Assembly: GCA_050246755.1 (NCBI GenBank)
Contig: JBFWVL010000001.1
Location: 352,001 to 416,000, forward strand
Direction: 5' to 3'
From: Bacteriovoracia bacterium
GTDB lineage: Bacteria > Bdellovibrionota > UBA1018 > CAIPTA01
DNA: 64,000 bases
Shown: piece after piece, positions 31,957-41,879 of the stretch
How positions within the stretch are numbered: the stretch's first letter is position 1
Layout of the letters: every line of letters begins with the position of its first letter
Notes under the pieces: generated by a model
Seen by the model: only the letters and a program-made list of their open reading frames with translations
What the model was told of the DNA's origin: nothing
Databases searched by the model: none
Position numbers and translations under genes: made by a program

Positions 31957-32910
31957 CTAGAAGCCAACGGAATAGAGAAGCTTAGCGGTCTCGCTAGCCT
32001 TCTCGCCGGAATCGCCGCGTTTGGCGCCGGTGAACTGCATATGCTCCATATTGAGCGAGATCCGGTCGGTAATGCGCTTGTTCAGATTGAAGTTCATGAG
32101 CGAACGGTCCACTTCGTATTTCAAACGTGAGCTAAGCGTGAGCTGATGGAAATCCCGGTTCATCTCCACTACCATATTGTCATCGCGGTTTCCGGCCTTC
32201 AGGTTGATCGCGGTGTTCACCAAGGGATTGGTGAAAAGCAGGGTGCCGCTGCGACGCAAGATATTTAGCTTCGTCTTAAACTTAGTGGGAATTTTTTCTT
32301 CTTCCGCCCTGGTGATCTGGGGTAAATCTTTGCGGTGAGCGCGCGCGATTTTTTCTTCGGGCGTGAGTTTACGCTCGTCGGCATCTTCGGCTCCGCCGTT
32401 CGACAAATCTTTCAGCGTTCCCATTACTTGCATGGGAGCCGCGTTCTTATCGCCCTTGCGGAAAAAATCTTTGATCTGGTCGTTCAGCACTTCACGCGAG
32501 GCCCATTTGGCCATCTCGGCGCGCTTACTGTCGTAGTCCTTCATTTCCCAGCTGCGGGCCCGGCGGTAAGGATTGTTCGCGGTTTTTTCGAAAGGCTCCA
32601 CTTCGGAGCGGTAATGGTCGCGAAAATTTTGCTCCATGTCTTTGTCGTATACTTCTTCGAGAAAGGATTTGCGGGAAAGCACGCGCTCGGCTTCGTCGAA
32701 ATCCACTTCGTTCGAACGATCTACGGGCCGCAGGCTTTGAAAAGATTTCAGGGACTGTTCGCGGGTAGAGGCGGTATTGGTGGATACGACTTTCGCGGGA
32801 GAGGCGGGCACACGAAAAAAGGGCTCGGGAACCTGCCCGGACGCGTTCCAGCCATAGAGGAGACCTCCGGCTACGGAAAGCGATACTAGGGCAATAATAG
32901 GGCGCGACAT
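31957..32910 (-). CDS. Exported hypothetical protein with C-terminal beta-strands ending in Phe
   Basis: N-terminal hydrophobic segment; ends ...AKLLYSVGF; GAGG RBS. Confidence 0.7.
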   Translation of the reverse strand: MSRPIIALVSLSVAGGLLYGWNASGQVPEPFFRVPASPAKVVSTNTASTREQSLKSFQSLRPVDRSNEVDFDEAERVLSRKSFLEEVYDKDMEQNFRDHYRSEVEPFEKTANNPYRRARSWEMKDYDSKRAEMAKWASREVLNDQIKDFFRKGDKNAAPMQVMGTLKDLSNGGAEDADERKLTPEEKIARAHRKDLPQITRAEEEKIPTKFKTKLNILRRSGTLLFTNPLVNTAINLKAGNRDDNMVVEMNRDFHQLTLSSRLKYEVDRSLMNFNLNKRITDRISLNMEHMQFTGAKRGDSGEKASETAKLLYSVGF

Positions 32911-32931
32911 CGAGGACCTCGCTTACTGCAG

Positions 32932-32947
32932 TGCAAGACTAGTACCC
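32932..32947 (-). promoter_or_regulatory. sigma54 (-24/-12) promoter
   Basis: Minus strand gGGTACtagtcTTGCA versus consensus TGGCACGNNNNTTGCW; IHF-like TTTCAAtaggTTA at 32977-32989 in AT-rich upstream DNA. Confidence 0.6.
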
Positions 32948-33240
32948 AATGTTTTTGTTTTATCTATTTTTAATAGTTTCAATAGGTTAGCCGAGGAAAC
33001 CGGCCCTTTGCCTAAAGATAAAACAGCGCTTTAGTGTCAAATTTCCACACACCCTTGTAATTAATATACTGTTTTGATCGGATATGCCTTGGCCACTAGG
33101 CCACTTGGCTGTGCGCGAAGGCAGCCAACCATCTGATTTTACTTAACAATATTTGAAGGAAAGCCGCCACATTACGCCAACTTACTAGACCATCGAAGTC
33201 ATAGGAGAATTTCACAAAAAACAACAATCAAGTAGGCCAG

Positions 33241-33927
33241 CTAAGGGGCCATCGGCACCTGGGCACACCAAAACGCCAGCGCCATCAAAGCCCCGCTAAT
33301 CACAGGAATCGCGAAGTTATCGTCGATATTCAGCGGCAGAAGTTCCGCCAGACTCCCCGCAAACCCTCCCAAAAGTGAAAACACCACGAGCAGAGAACGT
33401 GGGCTGTCCTGCCATAGAAGATAAGCAAAGGTGGCGAACGCACAAACCGTGAACCCGCCGAGCGTCCCCTGCAGGCTCTTGTTGGGGAAAATTTTATTCC
33501 TGCCATAAAGCACACCGAAAAAGGAAGAAGAGGGATCACCGAGCGCGAGGTAAAGAATCGAGAGCACGGCGATATGCTGCGGGAAAATCAGGAACGCGAA
33601 CAGGCAGGACGCCATATAAAAAGGGATCCCGCTCAATTGATTCACTTCTGTATCCCGCATCACCGGCCCCATCACTCGGAGCATAAGCCCGTTAACCCAG
33701 GGCCAACGCGCGCGCGAATACTCAATCGACATCACCGCGGCCAATAAAGTCCCGAGAACTGCGGCCATCATCTCTCTCGTGACTCCGAAGAATAGATAGG
33801 GCGTCAATAACCCGATGGCCCCGCTCATGTGAAAAAACTTCCGCGCGAGGTGGAGATCGGAACGATGACGCAATCCCGTCACCGAGGGTAGCGGAAGGGC
33901 AACGAGCTTATTCAGTAGGGAACTCAT
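33241..33927 (-). CDS. CTP-dependent diacylglycerol/polyprenol kinase family (Dgk1/SEC59-like)
   Basis: RKFFH, MRDTE...LSG, LALGDPSSS.FG..YG, NKSLQG.LG, ELLP.NIDDN..IP. Confidence 0.85.
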   Translation of the reverse strand: MSSLLNKLVALPLPSVTGLRHRSDLHLARKFFHMSGAIGLLTPYLFFGVTREMMAAVLGTLLAAVMSIEYSRARWPWVNGLMLRVMGPVMRDTEVNQLSGIPFYMASCLFAFLIFPQHIAVLSILYLALGDPSSSFFGVLYGRNKIFPNKSLQGTLGGFTVCAFATFAYLLWQDSPRSLLVVFSLLGGFAGSLAELLPLNIDDNFAIPVISGALMALAFWCAQVPMAP

Positions 33928-33995
33928 GGCTCTGATAGTGACATGAGTCCGGTGCGGCAGGCAAAATAACTAAATCTCTCCTACCCGCTTTACGG

Positions 33996-34024
33996 TTGAC
34001 ATTAGGTCCCACGCTTCCGATACT
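33996..34024 (+). promoter_or_regulatory. sigma70 promoter
   Basis: TTGACA-N17-GATACT upstream of ATG 34050. Confidence 0.65.
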
Positions 34025-34049
34025 TATAGAGGAAGGTATTTGGCAACTG

Positions 34050-35066
34050 ATGAATAATATTGCGGAAAAGGAAGTTCCTGCAGAAACCGTGGAAAATCTT
34101 GGCGCCCCCAAGATCACCGGCTCCAGCTCCTCTGCCTATAAACAAATTTGGGCGATTGGCGGCGGCAAAGGCGGCGTGGGGAAAACGCTAATCACGGCCA
34201 ACTTCGCGATCGCCCTGGCGCGGGCGGGTGCGTCCGTGGTGCTCGTGGACCTCGACCTCGGTGGCGCGAACCTCCATACCTGCCTCGGGCTCGAGCAATC
34301 GAACAATAAAACCCTCACCGATCTATTCTCGCCCGACGTAAAAAACCTTAACGACCTGGCGGCCCCCACCAATATCCCGAACCTTTCGCTGATCAGCGGC
34401 GCCCACGACAGCCTGAACGTGGCCAACCTGCCCCACGCGCAAAAGCAAAAACTATTGAACAAGCTTCGCTTGCTCCCCTTCGACTACATCGTGCTCGATC
34501 TCGGGGCCGGCACTTCCTACAATACGCTCGACTTCTTCCTCGCGGCCGACGTGGGAATCCTGGTGGTACTGCCCGAGCCCACCAGCATCGAAAACGCCTA
34601 CCGCTTCATCAAGAGTTCGTTCTACCGCAAGCTGAAGAACATCGAATATCTCTACGACGCCCGCACACTGGTGGATTCCACCATGAACCGCAAGAACGAG
34701 CTCGGCATCAAAACCCCGGCCGATCTCCTGCGCGCACTCGAAGATCAGTACCCCGAAGTGGGCTCCAAGGTACGCAACGCCATTAACCGCTTCGACATCA
34801 AGCTCGTGGTGAACCAAGCCCGTACGGAAGTGGACTCGGAAGTGGGCTACGGCGTGCGCAACGTTTGTAAAAAATATTTTGGCTTCAACCTCGATTTCCT
34901 CGGTGTGCTCGAATACGACAGCGCCGTTTGGCAGTCCGTGCGCAAGAAGCGCCCGCTCACGCTCGAGTTTCCTTCGAGCCCCCTGATCCCCGCCATGCAA
35001 AAAATGGTGGGCCACATCGTGGCGGAACAGGCCGAAAAACTAAAGCGAACCGAAGCGGGATTATAA
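34050..35066 (+). CDS. MinD/FlhG-like P-loop ATPase
   Basis: GGKGGVGKT, DLDLGGANLH, DLGAG, PEPTSIENAY. Confidence 0.9.
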   Translation: MNNIAEKEVPAETVENLGAPKITGSSSSAYKQIWAIGGGKGGVGKTLITANFAIALARAGASVVLVDLDLGGANLHTCLGLEQSNNKTLTDLFSPDVKNLNDLAAPTNIPNLSLISGAHDSLNVANLPHAQKQKLLNKLRLLPFDYIVLDLGAGTSYNTLDFFLAADVGILVVLPEPTSIENAYRFIKSSFYRKLKNIEYLYDARTLVDSTMNRKNELGIKTPADLLRALEDQYPEVGSKVRNAINRFDIKLVVNQARTEVDSEVGYGVRNVCKKYFGFNLDFLGVLEYDSAVWQSVRKKRPLTLEFPSSPLIPAMQKMVGHIVAEQAEKLKRTEAGL

Positions 35067-35090
35067 GCAACTTAAGTTAGGCCCAAGCGC

Positions 35091-35891
35091 ATGATTTCTA
35101 AAAATAAACAAAGTTACTACGAGATACTCGACGTTAGCCTGAATGCAAATCCCGAAATAATCCGTATGGCCTATATCCGGGCCAAGAACGCCTATAACCG
35201 GGACTCCCTCGCCGCCTACTCCCTCTTCGATCGCGAAGAATCAAAGAATATCCTGGCCGAGATCGAAGAAGCCTATACGATCCTCTCGGACTCCGAGAAA
35301 CGCCGCAAATATGACGAGTCGCACGGCATCGTTTCTTCTGAAACCGTCTACGATGCCTACCACCGCGGAAATCACGCCGTAGCCGCCTTCTCCCGCGAAT
35401 CCATGGCCAACCAGCTGGGCGGTGGCGACGGTTTTCAGTTCGAGGACGACCCCTTCCGCAAACCAATCGAGAAACAATTGGCGGAAGCAAGAGCCAACGA
35501 GACCCCCATGCGTGCCGGCGAGCCTTCGCCGATCGAAAGACTGCGGGCCGCCCAGGAAAATGCGGTAAACCCGAAAAACTTTCAGCTCACTCCGCGCCAT
35601 CATGAAACCAATCCCGAGATGGAAGAGCGCATTGCGGGCCTGCAAAACGTGAACGGTGCCTTCCTCAAAGCCGTGCGGGAATATAAGCACGTCACGGTAG
35701 ATGAAGTGATGAACATCATCAAGATCAGCAAAAATTATCTCAACGCCCTCGAAACCGACGACGTAACCAAGCTACCGGCCAGCGTATTCGTGCGCGGGTT
35801 CGTGATTCAGTACGCCAAGGCACTGAAGCTCGACCATGAAAAAGTAGCGAACGCCTACATGGAATTTTTCCGCGCCAAGCGGCCTAGCTGA
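35091..35891 (+). CDS. DnaJ-like domain (no HPD) plus RodZ-type HTH protein
   Basis: YYEILDV...IEEAY.ILSD.EKR.KYD; C-terminal GAFLKAVRE...KIS..YL.ALE....LP..VFVRGFV..YAK.L.LD. Confidence 0.85.
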   Translation: MISKNKQSYYEILDVSLNANPEIIRMAYIRAKNAYNRDSLAAYSLFDREESKNILAEIEEAYTILSDSEKRRKYDESHGIVSSETVYDAYHRGNHAVAAFSRESMANQLGGGDGFQFEDDPFRKPIEKQLAEARANETPMRAGEPSPIERLRAAQENAVNPKNFQLTPRHHETNPEMEERIAGLQNVNGAFLKAVREYKHVTVDEVMNIIKISKNYLNALETDDVTKLPASVFVRGFVIQYAKALKLDHEKVANAYMEFFRAKRPS

Positions 35892-35896
35892 CCCGC

Positions 35897-36919
35897 ATGC
35901 ACAAGCTCGTTCCAGGCGATTGGACCCACCTCGCTAGCGATGCCGAGGGAACGCGCCTCGACGTATATCTCCCGCAAAAATTTCCCGAGCTCTCGCGCGC
36001 ACGCGCACAAAAGCTGATCAGCGAAGGAAAGGTGCTGCGAAACGGCGCGCCGGTGAAGGCAAACCACAAGCTGGAAATCGGCGACGCGCTTTCCATTTTT
36101 TTGCCTGCCGCCAAGTCCAGCGTGCTACGCCCCCAGGACATCCCGCTCACGATCTACTTCCAGGATGAGCACCTGGCGGTGATCGAGAAACCCGCCGGGC
36201 TAGTAGTGCATCCCTCGGTCGGCCACGCCGAAGGCACGCTCGTCAACGCGCTTCTCCACCACTTCCCCGATCTCTCCTCGGGCAGCGGCATCGGCGGGGA
36301 GCAAAGGCCGGGAATCGTGCACCGAATCGACCGTAATACGTCTGGGATTTTGCTCATCACCAAAACTGACCTCGCTCATCGCGCCCTCGGCGAGCAGTTT
36401 AAGGAGCATTCGATCTCCCGGCGCTACTCCGGCCTCGCCTGGGGAAAATTGCCCGAAAAGGGCGAATGGAAAGGAAATATCGGCCGCGATCCCAAAGAGC
36501 GGAAAAGAATGGCGATCGTGCCCGAAGGCCAGGGTCGCACCGCGCTCACCCTTTACCGCGCCGTTGCCCATTTCGACGGGCTCACCCAATTCGAAGCCGA
36601 GCTAAAAACGGGAAGGACGCACCAGATTCGCGTTCATTTTTCCGCCCATGGCTTTCCCCTCGCAGGCGACTCCGTTTATGGAGCCGCCTCCCGCCTGGCT
36701 CGGCAGCAAAAAGAAAAAGGCCTGCGCTCCTTGCTCCGCTCCTGCCCGAAAGCACACGAACAAATCGGTATTCTTCAGGAAATTTCCCGGCAATTCCTTC
36801 ATGCCTGTCATTTAGGATTCAGCCATCCGGTGAGCGGCGAACGCCTCGAGTTCGACAGCGCTCTGCCCAGCGATCTGGCCGAAATCATGCTAAGCTTGCG
36901 CGAATGCCGGAAGCCATAA
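35897..36919 (+). CDS. rluD: RluA/RluD-family pseudouridine synthase
   Basis: S4-like RLD, KPAGLVVHP, RPGIVHRIDRNTSG, TGRTHQIRVH, QFLHA. Confidence 0.9.
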   Translation: MHKLVPGDWTHLASDAEGTRLDVYLPQKFPELSRARAQKLISEGKVLRNGAPVKANHKLEIGDALSIFLPAAKSSVLRPQDIPLTIYFQDEHLAVIEKPAGLVVHPSVGHAEGTLVNALLHHFPDLSSGSGIGGEQRPGIVHRIDRNTSGILLITKTDLAHRALGEQFKEHSISRRYSGLAWGKLPEKGEWKGNIGRDPKERKRMAIVPEGQGRTALTLYRAVAHFDGLTQFEAELKTGRTHQIRVHFSAHGFPLAGDSVYGAASRLARQQKEKGLRSLLRSCPKAHEQIGILQEISRQFLHACHLGFSHPVSGERLEFDSALPSDLAEIMLSLRECRKP

Positions 36920-37623
36920 TTCAGTCAAAACTATTTGCGCAAATTCCGGGCATCGAGCATGGCTTCACCACGCGCGCGGCTTCCACCGAGCAAATCGCGC
37001 GCCTCGAAGCCCGGGTAAGCACCGCGAAGCAAGTGCATAAGGACCAGATTTTTTGGCCCGTGGCCTACGAGCGGCGCACCCATGAGGCCGATGCCGTGGG
37101 AACTTTGCGCGGGAATTTTTTCGTAGGCGCTTATTCGGCCGACTGCACGCCCCTGCTCCTCGCGGTAACCGAAAACGGCATGCCGATCGGCGTTATGGCC
37201 GTGCACGCGGGGTGGCGCGGCACCGCTCTCGAAATCGCCCGTAAATCGGTAGGAGCGCTTTTGGCGAAGTGCGGTAAGCCCGGAAAAGAGCGCCGTCTCT
37301 ACGCCGTGATTGGGCCTTGCATCGGCTACGAAAATTTCGAGGTGGGCGATGACGTGATCGCCGCCTTTCCCCATGCCCTTGCAGACGGCCTCGCGCGCCC
37401 TTTACGGCTCGACGGAGATAAACAGAAATACCTCTTCCATTTGCCGGGTGAAAACCTGAGACAGCTTCGCCTCGCGGCGGCCGAGAGCGGGTTGCCCCTA
37501 GAAGCCGAAAATCTGGCCCTTTGCACGGTGGCCGATCCCGGGCTCTTTCCTTCCTTTCGACGCGACCATGAACATGCGGGGCGCATTCTTTCCTATATCG
37601 CTTTCGGTACTGACCGGCCCTAA
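36904..37623 (+). CDS. pgeF: YfiH/PgeF polyphenol-oxidase-like family protein
   Basis: HGFTTR, QVH, ADC.P, VHAGWRG, IGPCI....FEVG, CT......SFRR; lies after rluD. Confidence 0.88.
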   Translation: MPEAIIQSKLFAQIPGIEHGFTTRAASTEQIARLEARVSTAKQVHKDQIFWPVAYERRTHEADAVGTLRGNFFVGAYSADCTPLLLAVTENGMPIGVMAVHAGWRGTALEIARKSVGALLAKCGKPGKERRLYAVIGPCIGYENFEVGDDVIAAFPHALADGLARPLRLDGDKQKYLFHLPGENLRQLRLAAAESGLPLEAENLALCTVADPGLFPSFRRDHEHAGRILSYIAFGTDRP

Positions 37624-37660
37624 GGGGACATGGTAGCATTCTTCAAAATCCGGAGGTTTT

Positions 37661-38890
37661 ATGCGTACCGATACTAGATATTTAAAGATCATTCTGCTGC
37701 TCGCTTTGCTCGGAATGCTAGTGGCCGGGAAACTCCTCTCCGTGCACGTCCGTTTCACCTCCGGTCAGGCCACCCTCACTGAATCCTGCTCGGTGATTTC
37801 GGCCTCACAGGGCTGCGCATCCGTGGCCGTTTCCGATTATTCTTCGGTGGCTGGAGTTCCGGTGGCCGCATTTGCGTTGGGATTTTATTTCACTATTTTA
37901 CTCCTCGTATTCTGGGCCATGCGTAACTATCAGGCCGCCTATGAACCGCTCTACGTCGGCTTTCTTTTTTCTACGGTTTCGATCGTGGTCACCGTGATCA
38001 TGTTTTATATCTCGCGCTTCGTATTGCATGAGTTCTGCCAATTTTGCGCCATGCTCTGGCTCATCAACCTCGCCCTATGGCCGGCCTTCGTGAAGCAGCT
38101 GGGCCTCGGCTGGGGCAATGCGCTCGCCGGCAACTTGGAGCTCATCCGTCATAAAAACTTAAACCTGAGAAAAGAGCGTGTGCTCGGCTGCCTTGGCGTA
38201 GGCGTGGTTTGCGTATTAGCTTTTTCGATAATTGGGCTGGCCGCCAAAAGCCTGCAGGGACAGGAAAACAGCTACGGAGAACGGAGTTCTCTCGTAAAAG
38301 ACTTTCAAAACGCCCCCCAAGTATTTTTGCCCGCCGAAGCCTACGGCGGCGCACAAGCCAAGGGCACCGCGGGTGCCACCCCCATTATGGAAATCGCAGA
38401 ATTTGCTGATTTTCAGTGCCCCGCCTGCCGCATGGCCGCGCAGCTTTTTAAGCCTTTCTTGCTGAAACACAAAGATAAAGTACGACTCACCTTCCATCAT
38501 TTCCCCCTCGACGGCACCTGCAATTCTTTCGTGCCGAATGGCATGCATGCTTTTGCTTGCGCCACCGCTCGAAACGCGATCTGCGCCGGCAAGCAGGGAA
38601 AATTTTGGGAATTTCACGATCAGATCTATGATCGCCAGGACGAGCTTTCCACCTCCCTGATTTCCGAAGTGGCGGAAAAAGTGAATCTCGATCAGGCCGC
38701 CCTCACCGCCTGCCTCGCGGATCCGGCCACCGAGGCCCAGCTGCAAAAAGACATTCAGTGGGGCGATATGATCGGCCTCTCTTCTACTCCCACGATCGTG
38801 ATCAATGGCCACAAGCTCGAAGGCGGAAAAAGCCCCGCGGAGCTGGAAGCGCTAATGGACAGCCTCGAAGCCCAGCGCCGGGGAAAATAG
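37661..38890 (+). CDS. VKOR-DsbA fusion disulfide oxidoreductase
   Basis: VKOR loop cysteines, YSS..GVP, CQFC; DsbA EFADFQCPAC, HFPLD..CN, STPT..ING. Confidence 0.88.
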   Translation: MRTDTRYLKIILLLALLGMLVAGKLLSVHVRFTSGQATLTESCSVISASQGCASVAVSDYSSVAGVPVAAFALGFYFTILLLVFWAMRNYQAAYEPLYVGFLFSTVSIVVTVIMFYISRFVLHEFCQFCAMLWLINLALWPAFVKQLGLGWGNALAGNLELIRHKNLNLRKERVLGCLGVGVVCVLAFSIIGLAAKSLQGQENSYGERSSLVKDFQNAPQVFLPAEAYGGAQAKGTAGATPIMEIAEFADFQCPACRMAAQLFKPFLLKHKDKVRLTFHHFPLDGTCNSFVPNGMHAFACATARNAICAGKQGKFWEFHDQIYDRQDELSTSLISEVAEKVNLDQAALTACLADPATEAQLQKDIQWGDMIGLSSTPTIVINGHKLEGGKSPAELEALMDSLEAQRRGK

Positions 38891-38893
38891 CCC

Positions 38894-39685
38894 ATGCTGA
38901 TCGACAGCCACGCTCACCTCGACTACGAATACGCCGAGACCACGGAACAGCTCTTGGCGAATGCGGATCTAGCCGGGGTGAAGCGGGTGATCGCCATCGC
39001 CGCCGCCGCCGATTCATTAGAGCGCACACGTGATTTAGCCGAGCGCTTTTCCAATGTTTTTTTCACTTCCGGGATTCATCCCCACGATTCCAAAGATTTT
39101 ACGCCCGAAATTTTTTCGCGGATCCGGGCGCTTGCCGCGCACCCTAAATGCGTGGCGGTGGGCGAGCTTGGCTTGGATTATTTTTACGAGCACTCCACCC
39201 ACGAGACCCAATTTTCGGCGCTCGAGCAGCAGCTGCGATTCTCGGCTGAAATCGGCAAACCCGTGGTGGTACACACTCGCGAGGCCGACGCCGACACCGT
39301 TCGTTTCCTCACGGAACACTCCCGGGAATTCCTCAAAAATCATCCGGGGCGCTCCCCCGGGGTTATTCACTGCTTCACCGGGTCACGTGCCCTCGCCGAA
39401 CAGACATTGGCGCTCGGCTACCATATTTCTTTTTCCGGGATTCTTACTTTCAAAACCGCCGAAGATTTGCGGATTACGGCGAAGGAAGTGGTTCCGCTGG
39501 ATCGCCTGCTCGTGGAAACGGATTCCCCTTTTCTCGCTCCCATCCCTCATCGCGGAAAAAAGAATCAGCCCGCGTTCACCCGCGTGGTGGCTGAAAAGCT
39601 GGCCGAGTTAAAGGGAATTTCCCTCGAAGAGTTAGCCAAGCATACCACCGCCAATACCGAGCGGCTCTTCGCGTTGCCCGCTTAG
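38894..39685 (+). CDS. tatD: TatD-family nuclease
   Basis: DSHAH, GIHPH, GELGLD, VHTREA, HCF, ETDSPFLAP.P.RG. Confidence 0.95.
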   Translation: MLIDSHAHLDYEYAETTEQLLANADLAGVKRVIAIAAAADSLERTRDLAERFSNVFFTSGIHPHDSKDFTPEIFSRIRALAAHPKCVAVGELGLDYFYEHSTHETQFSALEQQLRFSAEIGKPVVVHTREADADTVRFLTEHSREFLKNHPGRSPGVIHCFTGSRALAEQTLALGYHISFSGILTFKTAEDLRITAKEVVPLDRLLVETDSPFLAPIPHRGKKNQPAFTRVVAEKLAELKGISLEELAKHTTANTERLFALPA

Positions 39686-39689
39686 GCCC

Positions 39690-40595
39690 TTATTTCCAGG
39701 CCGCGCGCAGGCTTCTCAGCAGCGCTCCCCAGGCAAGGGTCCAGAGAAACAGCACGGGTAGCACCGTCCACCACGCGCTCGCCATCCAGAAAAACTGCAA
39801 GGCGAGGATGCCTAGCAAAAGACTGAGTCCCCTCATTTCCTCCGCCCTGCGAGAAGGCAGGATGCGGTGTCCCGCCCAAAATGCCGCCGCCGCGTACGCG
39901 ATGACCCCCGCAAAAAATAGTAAGAGAAAATACAGCGGCAAAAGCACGATCCCGAAAATGGATATCAATAGAAGGGTGAAGAGCATGGGCACCGCCAGCG
40001 CTCCCAATGCTCCCACCAACAGGTTTTGTGGCCATTCCGCCCACAAGCGGCCCGCCGTGGCCTTGCGCAATTTAGGAAAAGCGCGGAAAAGCACGTAGGC
40101 AAAGAGCCAGAGCAAAAAGCAATACACCGCCATCCCGGCCGCTAGGGCTATGCCGTTGAAATTATCGCGCCAGAGCGTGGCGCCCGATTGGAGGAGCCGC
40201 CACAGCGGGCCCGGCGCGTGAAAGATGACGTTCTCATTCTTGATCGTAGCGCCCGGCAAAGTTTCGTAGGAGCCGCCCATTACCACCAGAGATTTATTGA
40301 GCTTGGATCCTTCGTGAAAAACCACGTGGCCCGACAACACGAGCACTTCATCCGCGTTGCCGTAGATATCTAGGTGTCCCCAAAGCAGGAGCACCGTGCG
40401 GTAAACTTCGCCCGCTTCAATCACGGCATCTTCCGCCCCGAGCAGTACGTTCCCGGCTTTTTTATCTTCGAGCCGAAGCGCGGAGGGAGAAACGGTTAGG
40501 GCCTGCGCGCTAGCGCTGAAAAACAGTAAGCCGAGGAGGACTCCCCGGCTTATCGCTTTGTGCGCCCTACAAATTAGAGGCAGGATAGAGATCAC
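39690..40595 (-). CDS. Membrane protein with N-terminal beta-repeat segment
   Basis: Signal peptide, repeated V-x-x-x-G beta units, several C-terminal TM helices. Confidence 0.65.
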   Translation of the reverse strand: MISILPLICRAHKAISRGVLLGLLFFSASAQALTVSPSALRLEDKKAGNVLLGAEDAVIEAGEVYRTVLLLWGHLDIYGNADEVLVLSGHVVFHEGSKLNKSLVVMGGSYETLPGATIKNENVIFHAPGPLWRLLQSGATLWRDNFNGIALAAGMAVYCFLLWLFAYVLFRAFPKLRKATAGRLWAEWPQNLLVGALGALAVPMLFTLLLISIFGIVLLPLYFLLLFFAGVIAYAAAAFWAGHRILPSRRAEEMRGLSLLLGILALQFFWMASAWWTVLPVLFLWTLAWGALLRSLRAAWK

Positions 40596-41733
40596 CGAAA
40601 TCCAGCCAGTCCGAGCGATCGTTCAGCGGGAAGGTAGGATAAGAAGGTTCCGATCCGGTGAGGTCCGGATCTCCGCCCTCGCCCATCGCGGAGTGGGTAT
40701 TCCAGTCGCGGATGAAAAGCCGGATTCTCTGCCGGATATCGTAGGCTCCGTCTAAGCACTGGAAGTCGTAGGTGTCCTGCGGAAGATGCAGAGTATTGGG
40801 AGAGGTTAACCCGGAAGGCACCTGGAGCCCGATTGGCTTGCCGCCGGTATGGTCGAGCGGATTATAAAAATTGCCGGTCCATACGTTCGAAAACACCCGG
40901 GAACTAGCTCCAAACGTCGCGTCGATGGGGCCGTTATACGTCACCACTCTATTTAGCCCGGTGTTTTGCACCCATTCGATCGTGGCGAGAGGAAGGCCAT
41001 CGGCGGATTTAGCCTGCTGGATTTCCATGGCCGGGCCGGCCGCGCAATTTGAAGCCTCGCCAGTCCATTCTTTGGAGTCCGTTTGCTTCGTGAAGGTTCC
41101 ATCAGAAGCATAGGTAGTAACCGTATGGCTGTAGGTTCCAATGCAGCAGTTAGGCCCACCAGCCGTACTATAGTCATAGGAACACTGGGCGGTCCCATTG
41201 GAGGTATTCGTTACGTCGCGGATGGATTTATCCGCCAATATTTCGTGGGAGACGATCGTAGGCCCATTTCCGGGGCCGTAGGCCCAGAACCAATAGGGCA
41301 TGGTGCGCACGTAGGTGCACATATCGCTAGGCACATGATACTGAATTTTTAGCTTATTGAAGTAGAGATCCAATTCCTCTACTTCGGCCACGCAGAGAAC
41401 ATCGTTTCCGTCGGCCGAGCCGTCGGCGATTTTGCATTCCGAGCTGAAATTCGTGGTGCCGATGGTAGCCCCATATGCCGCGTCGGCCTGGTGAAAATAA
41501 GGCGCCATGGCGGAGTTTGAGGATCCGGTTAGGGCCACGAAAAATCCCGCGGCATTTACCACCGGACCAGCGGGAACGGGAACGGTGGATCCACCGCTGC
41601 CGCCCGCACCGGCTTGGGTGCTGGGTCCATTTACGGTGGCCTTTTCGCTATTCACTTGCCCGCAAGCGGTGAAAATAACTAAAACTGCCGGCAAAATCGC
41701 ACGCAAAGAAAATCGCAGTGGCATTCCGTCCAT
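40567..41733 (-). CDS. Cys-rich lipoprotein, hypothetical
   Basis: Lipobox FTAC; upstream promoter TTGACG-N16-TAGAAT places the start at or downstream of 41733. Confidence 0.7.
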   Translation of the reverse strand: MDGMPLRFSLRAILPAVLVIFTACGQVNSEKATVNGPSTQAGAGGSGGSTVPVPAGPVVNAAGFFVALTGSSNSAMAPYFHQADAAYGATIGTTNFSSECKIADGSADGNDVLCVAEVEELDLYFNKLKIQYHVPSDMCTYVRTMPYWFWAYGPGNGPTIVSHEILADKSIRDVTNTSNGTAQCSYDYSTAGGPNCCIGTYSHTVTTYASDGTFTKQTDSKEWTGEASNCAAGPAMEIQQAKSADGLPLATIEWVQNTGLNRVVTYNGPIDATFGASSRVFSNVWTGNFYNPLDHTGGKPIGLQVPSGLTSPNTLHLPQDTYDFQCLDGAYDIRQRIRLFIRDWNTHSAMGEGGDPDLTGSEPSYPTFPLNDRSDWLDFGDLYPASNL

Positions 41734-41879
41734 GGTACGCACCTTTCCTGGGCCAGAAAGGCCCTCCTCAAAAAATTCTAACATTCTGCCGGGATTCGTC
41801 AATCAAACGCCTTACGCGGGAGAGTGGGGACTACGGATTCAGTGTAGAAACATGAATTGGCTATGGTATGGATGACCAC

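Noticed and set aside
37661-38890. VKOR-DsbA fusion as a novelty
   Set aside because: VKOR-thioredoxin-fold fusions are already known.
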